Source of the DNA: Planococcus sp. (in: firmicutes)
GTDB lineage: Bacteria > Bacillota > Bacilli > Bacillales_A > Planococcaceae
Direction of reading: 5' to 3'
NCBI GenBank assembly: GCA_030147455.1
Contig: JASKZU010000155.1
Location: forward strand, 1 to 44,579
DNA length: 44,579 nucleotides
The position numbers and the translations under genes were made by a program. Positions within the stretch are counted from its first letter, which is position 1. Each line of letters begins with the position of its first letter. Below, piece by piece: positions 1 through 7,443 of this stretch. Below the pieces are notes generated by a model. That model had not been told where the DNA came from. It did not search any database and saw only the letters and a program-made list of their open reading frames with translations.

Positions 1-1038
1 AACGCTGTCATCTTGTATACGTCCGGAACGACCGGCAAGCCAAAAGGAGCCATGCTGACCCACGGAAATTTGTATTCCAACGCGAGGGACGTTGCGGGTT
101 ATTTGCAGATCACGCCTGATGACCGTGTGCTTGCAACGCTGCCGGTATTCCACGTATTTGCGCTGACGGTCGTCGTCAATGCCCCGCTGATACAGGGAGC
201 GACGATTGTCCTTGTGCCGCGATTTGCGCCGCAGGAAGTATTTGCGGCGATCAAAGCCTCAAAAGCAACAGTATTTGCGGGAGTGCCGACGATGTACAAT
301 TTCATGTATCAGTTCCCGGATGCCGACCCGGCCGATTTTTCAACGGTTCGCCTGGCGATTTCAGGGGGATCGGCTATGCCGGTTGCGCTGCTTCACCATT
401 TTGAGGAAAAATTCGATGTCACCATTTCTGAAGGCTACGGCTTGTCTGAAGCATCGCCGGTTACATGCTTTAATCCAATTGACCGTGAACGGAAGGCAGG
501 CTCTATCGGGACATCCATCATCAATGTAGAAAACAAAGTCGTAAATGAGCTAGGCGAAGATCTGCCTCCTGGTGAAGTCGGGGAACTGATCGTCCGCGGC
601 CCGAATGTGATGAAAGGCTACTACAAAATGCCGGAAGAAACGATAGCGACGATCAAAGACGGCTGGCTTTATACAGGTGATTTGGCGAAAACAGATGAAG
701 ACGGGTATTTCTATATCGTCGACCGCAAAAAAGACATGATCATCGTCGGCGGCTATAACGTATATCCCCGAGAAGTGGAAGAAGTGCTGTTTGCGCATCC
801 ATCAATTGTGGAAGCAGCCGTCGTCGGGCTCCCGGATGCTGATTTCGGGGAATCGGTCAATGCATATGTCGTTTTAAAAGACGCTTCGGTTTCGATCGAT
901 GGCCTCATTGAATATTGCAGCGAACATTTGGCGAAATACAAAGTGCCGAGAACGATAGAGCTCCTTGACGAATTGCCGAAAAATACGACAGGCAAAATAC
1001 TGCGCCGCTCACTGAAAGACCAAGCAGCCAAACGATAG
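1..1038 (+). CDS. Long-chain fatty acid--CoA ligase (LcfA/LcfB-like), 5'-truncated by the window edge
   Basis: Frame 1 is open from base 1 ([16 protein letters not shown] = AMP-binding P-loop). Also has [22 protein letters not shown] and [10 protein letters not shown] adenylate-forming motifs. Confidence 0.9.
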   Translation, partial: NAVILYTSGTTGKPKGAMLTHGNLYSNARDVAGYLQITPDDRVLATLPVFHVFALTVVVNAPLIQGATIVLVPRFAPQEVFAAIKASKATVFAGVPTMYNFMYQFPDADPADFSTVRLAISGGSAMPVALLHHFEEKFDVTISEGYGLSEASPVTCFNPIDRERKAGSIGTSIINVENKVVNELGEDLPPGEVGELIVRGPNVMKGYYKMPEETIATIKDGWLYTGDLAKTDEDGYFYIVDRKKDMIIVGGYNVYPREVEEVLFAHPSIVEAAVVGLPDADFGESVNAYVVLKDASVSIDGLIEYCSEHLAKYKVPRTIELLDELPKNTTGKILRRSLKDQAAKR

Positions 1039-1040
1039 CC

Positions 1041-1073
1041 AAAAGCCTTCCGGAATTTCCGGGAGGCGTTTTT
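1041..1073 (+). terminator. Intrinsic terminator after the acyl-CoA ligase
   Basis: GCCTTCCGGA-ATT-TCCGGGAGGC stem (one G-U pair) followed by GTTTTT. Confidence 0.8.
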
Positions 1074-1133
1074 AGTCCGAATGGAACTTTGCTGGCTATA
1101 GGTAGCGAGAAGACGAATAAAAAAAGCCAATGA

Positions 1134-1162
1134 TTGAAAAGACAGATAATTTTCTATATAGT
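1134..1162 (+). promoter_or_regulatory. SigA promoter of the S9 peptidase
   Basis: TTGAAA(1134-1139)-N17-TATAGT(1157-1162). Confidence 0.6.
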
Positions 1163-1213
1163 GGAAGAGTAACTATTACGTAAATCGAAAGACTTCTTGA
1201 AGGAGATGAGCAT

Positions 1214-3193
1214 GTGCCGAAAAAAGCTGTAGAAATAAAAGATTTACTTGAACTCCAATCCCTTACGAACCCGGTCATTTCACCGGATGGCAAGCGAGCG
1301 GTTTTTGTCCAAACCCAAATGGACGAAGAAGCCAATACATATAATTCACATATCCATCACGTCTCGCTCGAAACAGGCGAAGTAACGCCGTGGACGCACG
1401 GAAAAGGCAGCAACAGCCGTCCGGCTTGGTCGGCAGATGGCCATCAACTGGCATTTTTATCAGACCGCGATGATAAAATGCAAGTGCATGTGTTGTCTGC
1501 TTCGGGCGGAGAAGCACGTGCCGTTACCGACTTTGAAAAAGGCGTAAGCGCATTCCGCTGGTCGCCTTGCGGCAAGAAAATCTGGGTCAACGCCATGGCG
1601 AAAGACGGCGAGACGTTCAACGACAAAGAAGAAGAAACAAATAAAGACAAGAAAAAGCCGGAACCATACCGCACTGCTGTCATGAAATATAAAATGGATG
1701 GCAGCGGGCTCGTCAAGCAGGAGATTCATCGGCACATCGGAGTGGTCGATTTAGAATCAGGAGAGGCCGAGCAATTAACAGAAGGCCCTTACCATCATAC
1801 GCTTGAAGCCGTCTCGCATGACGGCAAGAAATTAGTGTTCGGCACCGTCAAAGAAGAAAATCTTGATCTTGTATTCCGTCAGTCGCTGGTGTTGCGCGAT
1901 TTGGAAACAGATGAGGAAACAATCGTCATAGAAGAAGAAGGGTACTACGGAGATGCAGTGTTTTCATTTGATGATGCGCATATCGCATTTGTCGGCCACT
2001 CGCGTGCATATCAAAATGCTACGCACTCAGAAGTGCATATATACAACGTTGAGTCGAAAACGGTACAATGCTTGACGGAAGGCATCGATGCCCCTATCGG
2101 CGACTATGTAGTAGCTGACCACCAGCAAGGAGCCGAAGCGCCGGGCGTCGTCTGGACAAAAGACGGCCATTTGTATTTCCAAATATCGACAGAAGGCGAT
2201 GTGCGCCTGTATTTTGCTTCGCTGGACGGGGCGGTTTATCCGGCAACGCCTGAAAATGAGCACGTCTATGGATACGACGTGGCACAAGACGGCAGCTTTG
2301 CGCTTGCAACCATCAGCAATCCTGTAGCACCGGGTGAATTGTACAAATTGGATATTTCGGCCGGGGAGCGCGAGGCGCTGACAGATGCCAATAAGGATTA
2401 TCTGGAGACAACAGAATTGATCGCCCCGGAGCAGGTTTCCGTAACGACAGAAGACGGCCTTACCGTCCATGGCTGGCTTATGAAGCCATCCGGATATAGG
2501 GATGGGCAGACGTATCCGCTGGTCGTTAATATCCACGGCGGGCCGCATGCCATGTACGCCAATACATTCGTCCACGAAATGCAGCTTCTTGCCGCAAGCG
2601 GCTACGGCGTGCTTTATACAAATCCGCGCGGCAGCCACGGCTATGGACAGGCATTTGTAGACGCAGTACGCGGCGATTATGGCGGCGGCGACTACCGCGA
2701 CATTTTGTCTGTACTTGATCACGCCATCGGCTCGAACGAGTGGATTGACACGGAACGTCTTGGTGTAACCGGCGGCAGCTATGGCGGCTTTATGACCAAC
2801 TGGATCGTCTCGCATACAGACCGCTTCAAGGCGGCAGTTACGCAGCGCTCTATTTGCAATTGGATTTCCTTTTTCGGTGTTTCGGACATCGGCTATTACT
2901 TTAGCGATTGGCAGCACGGAGCAGGAATGGAAGATGTCGAAACGCTGTGGAAGCATTCTCCGCTGAAATATGCCAAAGACGTCAACACCCCGCTGCTCAT
3001 TTTGCATTCCGAAAACGACCACCGCTGCCCGATCGAGCAGGCAGAGCAATTGTTCGTTACATTAAAAAGCATGGGCAAGGAAACCGAGTTTGTCCGGTTC
3101 CCGGAAGCAGACCACAATTTGTCGCGTACCGGAAAACCGAATTTGCGTTTTGCACGGCTTGAGGAAATTACCGGCTGGATGCAGCGCCTTTAA
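1214..3193 (+). CDS. S9 family (acylaminoacyl) peptidase, YuxL-like
   Basis: N-terminal beta-propeller repeats (SPDGK, WSADG, WSPCG), IHGGPH, nucleophile GGSYGG, Asp in SENDHRC, His in EADHNLSR. GTG start with AAGGAG RBS. Confidence 0.92.
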   Translation: MPKKAVEIKDLLELQSLTNPVISPDGKRAVFVQTQMDEEANTYNSHIHHVSLETGEVTPWTHGKGSNSRPAWSADGHQLAFLSDRDDKMQVHVLSASGGEARAVTDFEKGVSAFRWSPCGKKIWVNAMAKDGETFNDKEEETNKDKKKPEPYRTAVMKYKMDGSGLVKQEIHRHIGVVDLESGEAEQLTEGPYHHTLEAVSHDGKKLVFGTVKEENLDLVFRQSLVLRDLETDEETIVIEEEGYYGDAVFSFDDAHIAFVGHSRAYQNATHSEVHIYNVESKTVQCLTEGIDAPIGDYVVADHQQGAEAPGVVWTKDGHLYFQISTEGDVRLYFASLDGAVYPATPENEHVYGYDVAQDGSFALATISNPVAPGELYKLDISAGEREALTDANKDYLETTELIAPEQVSVTTEDGLTVHGWLMKPSGYRDGQTYPLVVNIHGGPHAMYANTFVHEMQLLAASGYGVLYTNPRGSHGYGQAFVDAVRGDYGGGDYRDILSVLDHAIGSNEWIDTERLGVTGGSYGGFMTNWIVSHTDRFKAAVTQRSICNWISFFGVSDIGYYFSDWQHGAGMEDVETLWKHSPLKYAKDVNTPLLILHSENDHRCPIEQAEQLFVTLKSMGKETEFVRFPEADHNLSRTGKPNLRFARLEEITGWMQRL

Positions 3194-3196
3194 TGG

Positions 3197-3251
3197 AATA
3201 AGAGAGAAAAGCCAGACAGAGAATTTCTCTGTCTGGCTTTTCTCTCTTATT
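3197..3251. terminator. Bidirectional terminator (27-bp perfect inverted repeat)
   Basis: AATAAGAGAGAAAAGCCAGACAGAGAA-T-TTCTCTGTCTGGCTTTTCTCTCTTATT between convergent genes. Confidence 0.9.
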
Positions 3252-4023
3252 TTCCTTTAAACTCAGGTTTACGTTTTTCGCCAAACGCCAAAAGTGCTTC
3301 GATGCGGTCTTCTGTCGGAATGGTGATTTCGTATGCTTTGCGTTCGATTTGAAGTCCGGTCTGCAAGTCGGTGTTCATGCCGTTTTTGACAGCGAATTTC
3401 GCTTGCTGCAAAGCAATCGGGCCATTGGCCAGCATCGAGTCGGCAAAATCGCCTGTAACCGCGGGCAAGTCATCGCGTTTGGCGACGCGCGTCAAAAGCC
3501 CATAGTCAAGAGCTTCTGAGGATTTCAGCCGGCGAGCCGTCAAAATCAGTTCCAATGCTTTGGCCTCGCCGATCAGGCGCGGCAAGCGCTGTGTTCCGCC
3601 TGCTCCCGGAATAATGGCTAAACTTGTTTCAGTCAAGCCAAGCAGCGTATCGTCTGCTGCGATTCGGAAATCGCATGCCAGCGCCAGTTCCATTCCCCCG
3701 CCAAATGCATAGCCGTTGATCATGGCGATGGTCGGCTGCGGCAGATTTTCGATAGTAGTGAAAACTTCACCGATTTTATAAATATTTCGTTTAACTTGAT
3801 CTTGCGTCAATGTTTTGCGCTCTTTCAAGTCAGCCCCGACACTGAACGCCTTATCGCCTGCCCCTGTAAAAACGACGACGCGGATATCCGGATTGATGCG
3901 GATTGCCTCCGCGACTTGGCCAAGTTCGGCCAGCATATCGTAATTAAATGCATTCATCGCATCCGGCCTGTTCAGCGTAATAAACGCGAGGTTGCCTTTT
4001 TGTTCATAGTGAATTGCTTCCAT
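3247..4023 (-). CDS. Enoyl-CoA hydratase/isomerase (crotonase family)
   Basis: LNRPDAMNA, FSVGADLKE, GGGMELALACD, ETSLAIIPGAGGTQRLPR. Start placed at the second ATG (4023) because the AAAAGGGGG RBS abuts the first ATG (4029). Confidence 0.92.
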   Translation of the reverse strand: MEAIHYEQKGNLAFITLNRPDAMNAFNYDMLAELGQVAEAIRINPDIRVVVFTGAGDKAFSVGADLKERKTLTQDQVKRNIYKIGEVFTTIENLPQPTIAMINGYAFGGGMELALACDFRIAADDTLLGLTETSLAIIPGAGGTQRLPRLIGEAKALELILTARRLKSSEALDYGLLTRVAKRDDLPAVTGDFADSMLANGPIALQQAKFAVKNGMNTDLQTGLQIERKAYEITIPTEDRIEALLAFGEKRKPEFKGK

Positions 4024-4070
4024 GTCCATCCCCCTTTTGATAATCCATCCGTTAAAAACATACCACTTTT

Positions 4071-4099
4071 TGGACTAATCTGTCACCAAACTCTATAAT
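4071..4099 (+). promoter_or_regulatory. SigA promoter of the ABC1 kinase gene
   Basis: TGGACT(4071-4076)-N17-TATAAT(4094-4099). Confidence 0.6.
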
Positions 4100-4124
4100 G
4101 AAAGCAATAGGGAGGAGCCCATAC

Positions 4125-5741
4125 ATGAACCGACTTACATATTACCGTATTTACCGCATTGTATCGATGGCGATTCGATTTTATCTGCAAGTATCGTTTT
4201 TCCAAAAACGCAACAGAGGCAAATGGACACCGGTCGTTGAACAGCGCTGGAACGAGCTGGTCACACGGCAAGCAAAAGAATACAAAGAGCTGGCATTGAA
4301 GCTCGGCGGATTGATGATCAAGTTAGGGCAGTTTCTCTCTACACGCGCAGACATCATGCCGCCCAGCTTTTTGGCTGAGCTGGAAGGCCTGACGGACCGG
4401 GTGCCATCTGTTCCGCGCAAAAGCATCGTCGAGGTGCTTGAACAGGAATGGAACATGGAACACACCAATTACTTAGACGAGTTATCGAATGAGGCGATTG
4501 CTTCTGCTTCTATCGGTGAAGTATATAAAGGGCGGCTGAAAAACGGTACTGAAGTAGCGGTCAAAGTCCAGCGTCCTGGAACCGAACGCATTATCCGCGC
4601 AGATTTCCAGGCGATGCGCATCGTTATTTGGCTGGCAAAGAAATTCACGCCTTTTTCAAAGCAGGTCGATTTTGACCAATTGTATGTAGAAATGACCGAG
4701 ACAATTGGGGCTGAATTGAACTTTGTCCGTGAATTGCAAAATGGCCGTGCCTTCGGTGAACGCTTTGCTGAAATGGATGGGGTTCACATACCGGGTTATT
4801 ACGATGAATATACGACGCGTCGCGTACTTGTCATGGAGTGGATTGAAGGGGCCCGGATTACCGACCTTCGATTTATCGAAGAACATGAGCTGAACCGCCA
4901 TGAAATTTCCGAACGGCTTTTTATTTTGTTCTTAGAGCAAGTGCTTTACGGCGGCCAGTTCCATGCTGATCCGCACGGGGGCAATATCTTGCTGAAGCCG
5001 GACGGCACTATCGTGCTTATTGACTTTGGCATGATCGGAACGATTTCGGAACGCGATTCGCAAGCGATTTTGCTGATTGCCGAAGGCATCTTGTTTAAAA
5101 ACTATACACAAGTGCTCGATGGGCTGGAAGATTTGCGGTTCCTTTTGCCGCATGCCGACCGCGATCTGCTGGCGGATGCAGTTGAACGGCTCGTTGCTGC
5201 ATACGAGTCCAACGAGCTCATGCAGATGGACAGCTTCGTAGTGGAACGCCTGCTAGAGGACATGCAGGAAATTGTCCGGACACAGCCGGTGCAGCTGCCA
5301 GCCGAGTTTGCTTTCTTCGGACGGGCCGCATCGATTTTTGTCGGCGTATTGCATATTCTGGATCCCAAAGTCGATTTGTTTGCTCTTGCGCGTCCGCGCG
5401 TACTCGAGTGGGCATCGACCAAACGGGAAGGAAAAGGCATCTTTGGAAAAGAAGATGTGCTGCGCTGGGCGCTTAACTTTATAGGGCCGGCAAGAGCTTT
5501 TCCGAAGAAATTGACCAATTTCCTGGATGAGCCCGAGAAAATGCGCCATTACCTGGAAAATAGGGAAGGACGCGAACGCGAGCATCAGCGGAATATGCAA
5601 AGCCGAATGTTTGCTGGCATTTTTGCGCTAGTAGCCTTTTCCGGCATTTCACTGTCGGTCTGGTTCTGGCATGAAGCTTTCCTGTGGATGTCATCCGTCT
5701 TTTTCGTCGGTTCATTATGGGCGTTCCGCGCTATTCGTTAA
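4125..5741 (+). CDS. ABC1/UbiB (AarF) family atypical kinase with C-terminal membrane anchor
   Basis: IKLGQ (KxGQ), ASASIGEVY, VAVKVQRP, HADPHGGN, IDFG, and two C-terminal hydrophobic segments. Start moved to ATG 4125 (GGAGG at 4111-4115; ATG 4098 lies inside the -10 box). Confidence 0.9.
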   Translation: MNRLTYYRIYRIVSMAIRFYLQVSFFQKRNRGKWTPVVEQRWNELVTRQAKEYKELALKLGGLMIKLGQFLSTRADIMPPSFLAELEGLTDRVPSVPRKSIVEVLEQEWNMEHTNYLDELSNEAIASASIGEVYKGRLKNGTEVAVKVQRPGTERIIRADFQAMRIVIWLAKKFTPFSKQVDFDQLYVEMTETIGAELNFVRELQNGRAFGERFAEMDGVHIPGYYDEYTTRRVLVMEWIEGARITDLRFIEEHELNRHEISERLFILFLEQVLYGGQFHADPHGGNILLKPDGTIVLIDFGMIGTISERDSQAILLIAEGILFKNYTQVLDGLEDLRFLLPHADRDLLADAVERLVAAYESNELMQMDSFVVERLLEDMQEIVRTQPVQLPAEFAFFGRAASIFVGVLHILDPKVDLFALARPRVLEWASTKREGKGIFGKEDVLRWALNFIGPARAFPKKLTNFLDEPEKMRHYLENREGREREHQRNMQSRMFAGIFALVAFSGISLSVWFWHEAFLWMSSVFFVGSLWAFRAIR

Positions 5742-5746
5742 CAATC

Positions 5747-5806
5747 AAAAAACCGCTATTGGAAGCATGTACAGATTGTACAGACTGCCGATAGCGGTTT
5801 TTTTTT
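5747..5806 (+). terminator. Intrinsic terminator with extended stem
   Basis: AAAAAACCGCTAT...ATAGCGGTTTTTTTTT, with an inner TGTACA-GAT-TGTACA hairpin. Confidence 0.8.
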
Positions 5807-5815
5807 GAAGCGCTC

Positions 5816-5843
5816 TTGCAATTTTTCGATTCCCCGTTAAAAT
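5816..5843 (+). promoter_or_regulatory. SigA promoter of the yhjD-like gene
   Basis: TTGCAA(5816-5821)-N16-TAAAAT(5838-5843). Confidence 0.55.
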
Positions 5844-5851
5844 AAAAGTTA

Positions 5852-5865
5852 AGAACACTTGTTCC
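5852..5865. promoter_or_regulatory. LexA operator (SOS/Cheo box)
   Basis: AGAAC-ACTT-GTTCC: perfect GAAC-N4-GTTC core just downstream of the -10 box. Confidence 0.8.
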
Positions 5866-5887
5866 TATAAGGTGGGGGGGTGAGGAG

Positions 5888-6253
5888 ATGCCCCTAATTT
5901 CAAGGGCGGAAATGGTCGTATTTGAGAAACGGGTGCAGCTGCCGATGGTTCTCCTCATCCTGGAGCGGGATCGTGAATGGGTCCAAAAAAGTCCGTTAAA
6001 GCTAAAAGGGCCTTATACAGACTTGTTGGATAAAGCAATTGAACAAGTAAAATATGATTTGAATGAGACCGTTGAGTGGATGCGGAAAAACGGAATGAAG
6101 ATAAGGCGCGGTACACGAGATGAAAATTTTTCCGAATATGTTTTCTATTACGGCGGCTATGAAGACCACCGCCGCTATTTAAACAGCCGCTTGAGAAACA
6201 AGGTGGAGAACCTTTTGCGCTTTTATTTGGCTGATGCAGCAAAAAGGCTTTAA
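5888..6253 (+). CDS. Conserved hypothetical protein, YhjD-like
   Basis: GAGGAG RBS. Motifs LPMVLLILERD, SPLKLKGPY, YGGYEDHRRYLNSRLRNKV resemble B. subtilis YhjD as I recall it. The LexA box and proximity to comK agree. Confidence 0.7.
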   Translation: MPLISRAEMVVFEKRVQLPMVLLILERDREWVQKSPLKLKGPYTDLLDKAIEQVKYDLNETVEWMRKNGMKIRRGTRDENFSEYVFYYGGYEDHRRYLNSRLRNKVENLLRFYLADAAKRL

Positions 6254-6804
6254 TCCAGCGTTTGATGGCTGCGCGGCGGAAAAGCGCGTTTTGTCACATA
6301 ATTTATCCGGTGGTTATGGACACGCTGTGCCTTTTTAAAATAACGGCGCAGCGAACCCGTAAACGAGTGCTGATTTCGAAGGGCAATTGGAGAAATATCT
6401 ACGGGTACGACAACTCCGTTGCTAAGCGATACCAGACAGCTTCGTCCACTGTCATCTGCTGCGATCAAGTCGATGGCATCAAAATTAAACCAAACCGAAT
6501 CGCGATTTTTCGGAGAGTGTGTGGGAAAGAAAATAAGTGGGTTGCCGTAGTATTCGCCGACGATGATTGGCGGTTTGTGTTTGGCGCCGATTGCCTTTTG
6601 GGCGTAGAGGGTGGCGCTGGCGAGAGAACCGCGGTAAAAAGAGCAGGATTTCGCCACAATTTTATAGACCGATTCCTCGACCAGGAATTCACTGCGGTCT
6701 TCGATTACCCGGGTCAGCACCCGGTTGCCGTCCACATATGGCAACAGCGCATACGTGCTACTGCAAATTGTGTAAGAATTCGGATATTGATTCTTTTTTC
6801 CCAT
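6250..6804 (-). CDS. comK: Competence transcription factor ComK family
   Basis: YALLPY, KIVAKSCSFY, HKPPII, FFPTHSP, SVWFN, SNGVVVPVDIS..ALRNQ. Divergent from an IDEAL-domain gene, as in B. subtilis yhzC-comK. AGGGGG RBS. Confidence 0.85.
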   Translation of the reverse strand: MGKKNQYPNSYTICSSTYALLPYVDGNRVLTRVIEDRSEFLVEESVYKIVAKSCSFYRGSLASATLYAQKAIGAKHKPPIIVGEYYGNPLIFFPTHSPKNRDSVWFNFDAIDLIAADDSGRSCLVSLSNGVVVPVDISPIALRNQHSFTGSLRRYFKKAQRVHNHRINYVTKRAFPPRSHQTLD

Positions 6805-6839
6805 GTATATATACCCCCTAAATTTACTTTACATACCTC

Positions 6840-6867
6840 ATTATAATAAAAAATGGGAAATAAACAA
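6840..6867 (-). promoter_or_regulatory. Putative comK SigA promoter
   Basis: Minus strand TTGTTT-N16-TATAAT. Confidence 0.45.
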
Positions 6868-6907
6868 TAACTAAATTCTGAAAAAAATATCTTTTCGATC
6901 TCGTTGT

Positions 6908-6922
6908 AATTTTCAAAAAACT
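6908..6922. promoter_or_regulatory. CodY-like box in the comK/IDEAL divergent region
   Basis: AATTTTCAAAAAACT matches 13/15 of AATTTTCWGAAAATT, but the context is AT-rich. Confidence 0.45.
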
Positions 6923-6980
6923 CTTGCTTGTCTGTTATGCTTTCGTGTATACTAATGAAAAGCATTCGGGGTGAAGAAGA

Positions 6981-7220
6981 ATGGAAAACTATTATTCTTA
7001 TGCTGACTTCATGAAAGCGATGGCTCAAACGAAAAAAATCACGGAAGCGGAGAAACTGCTGAACGAAATCTACTTGGATCTATTCTTGAAGCATGTTCAC
7101 CGCGAGCAGCAGGAAACGCAATTGCTGGCACTTATCGATGAAGCCCTGGATCATAACGACCGAAAAATGTTCGACACATATACTGCACAGCTTCAAGAGC
7201 TGCGCCGCGAAGAAGATTAA
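6981..7220 (+). CDS. IDEAL-domain protein (YhzC-like)
   Basis: C-terminal LIDEALDHNDRKMF motif; divergent from comK. Confidence 0.85.
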   Translation: MENYYSYADFMKAMAQTKKITEAEKLLNEIYLDLFLKHVHREQQETQLLALIDEALDHNDRKMFDTYTAQLQELRREED

Positions 7221-7253
7221 AAAAAGCCGCCTTTTAAAAAGGGCGGCTTTTTT
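7219..7253. terminator. Intrinsic terminator (potentially bidirectional)
   Basis: AAAAAAAGCCGCCTTTT-A-AAAAGGGCGGCTTTTTT. Confidence 0.88.
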
Positions 7254-7360
7254 GTCGTGTCTTTTTCAAATGTACTTGTTGAGGACAAACCAAAGCAAAC
7301 GATTCAAGCAGGATGACATGAATCCGCCTTCATTAAAGAAGTTCGCCTCAAAAAGCACAA

Positions 7361-7374
7361 AAAACATACGTTCG
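7361..7374. promoter_or_regulatory. LexA operator upstream of uvrBA
   Basis: AAAAC-ATAC-GTTCG; the reverse complement CGAACGTATGTTTT fits CGAACRNRYGTTY. uvrBA is a canonical SOS operon. Confidence 0.8.
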
Positions 7375-7443
7375 CTTTTTGTTAGAGGATTTTTAGGGCA
7401 TATGGTAAAGTAGAAGTAGTGAAAATTATGGGAGGACACATCC

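Noticed and set aside
1137..1162. CodY-like sequences over the peptidase promoter
   Set aside because: 4-5 mismatches to the 15-bp consensus in AT-rich DNA.
2027..3049. 340-aa minus-strand ORF
   Set aside because: Antisense shadow of the S9 peptidase, expected from codon bias.
5874..5880. G7 tract in the yhjD-like leader (also G7 at 43764-43770 in smpB) as phase-variation sites
   Set aside because: Short tracts; reading frames are intact and there is no evidence of variation.
6262..6846. 194-aa + strand ORF antisense to comK
   Set aside because: Shadow frame of comK; no RBS or recognisable motifs.
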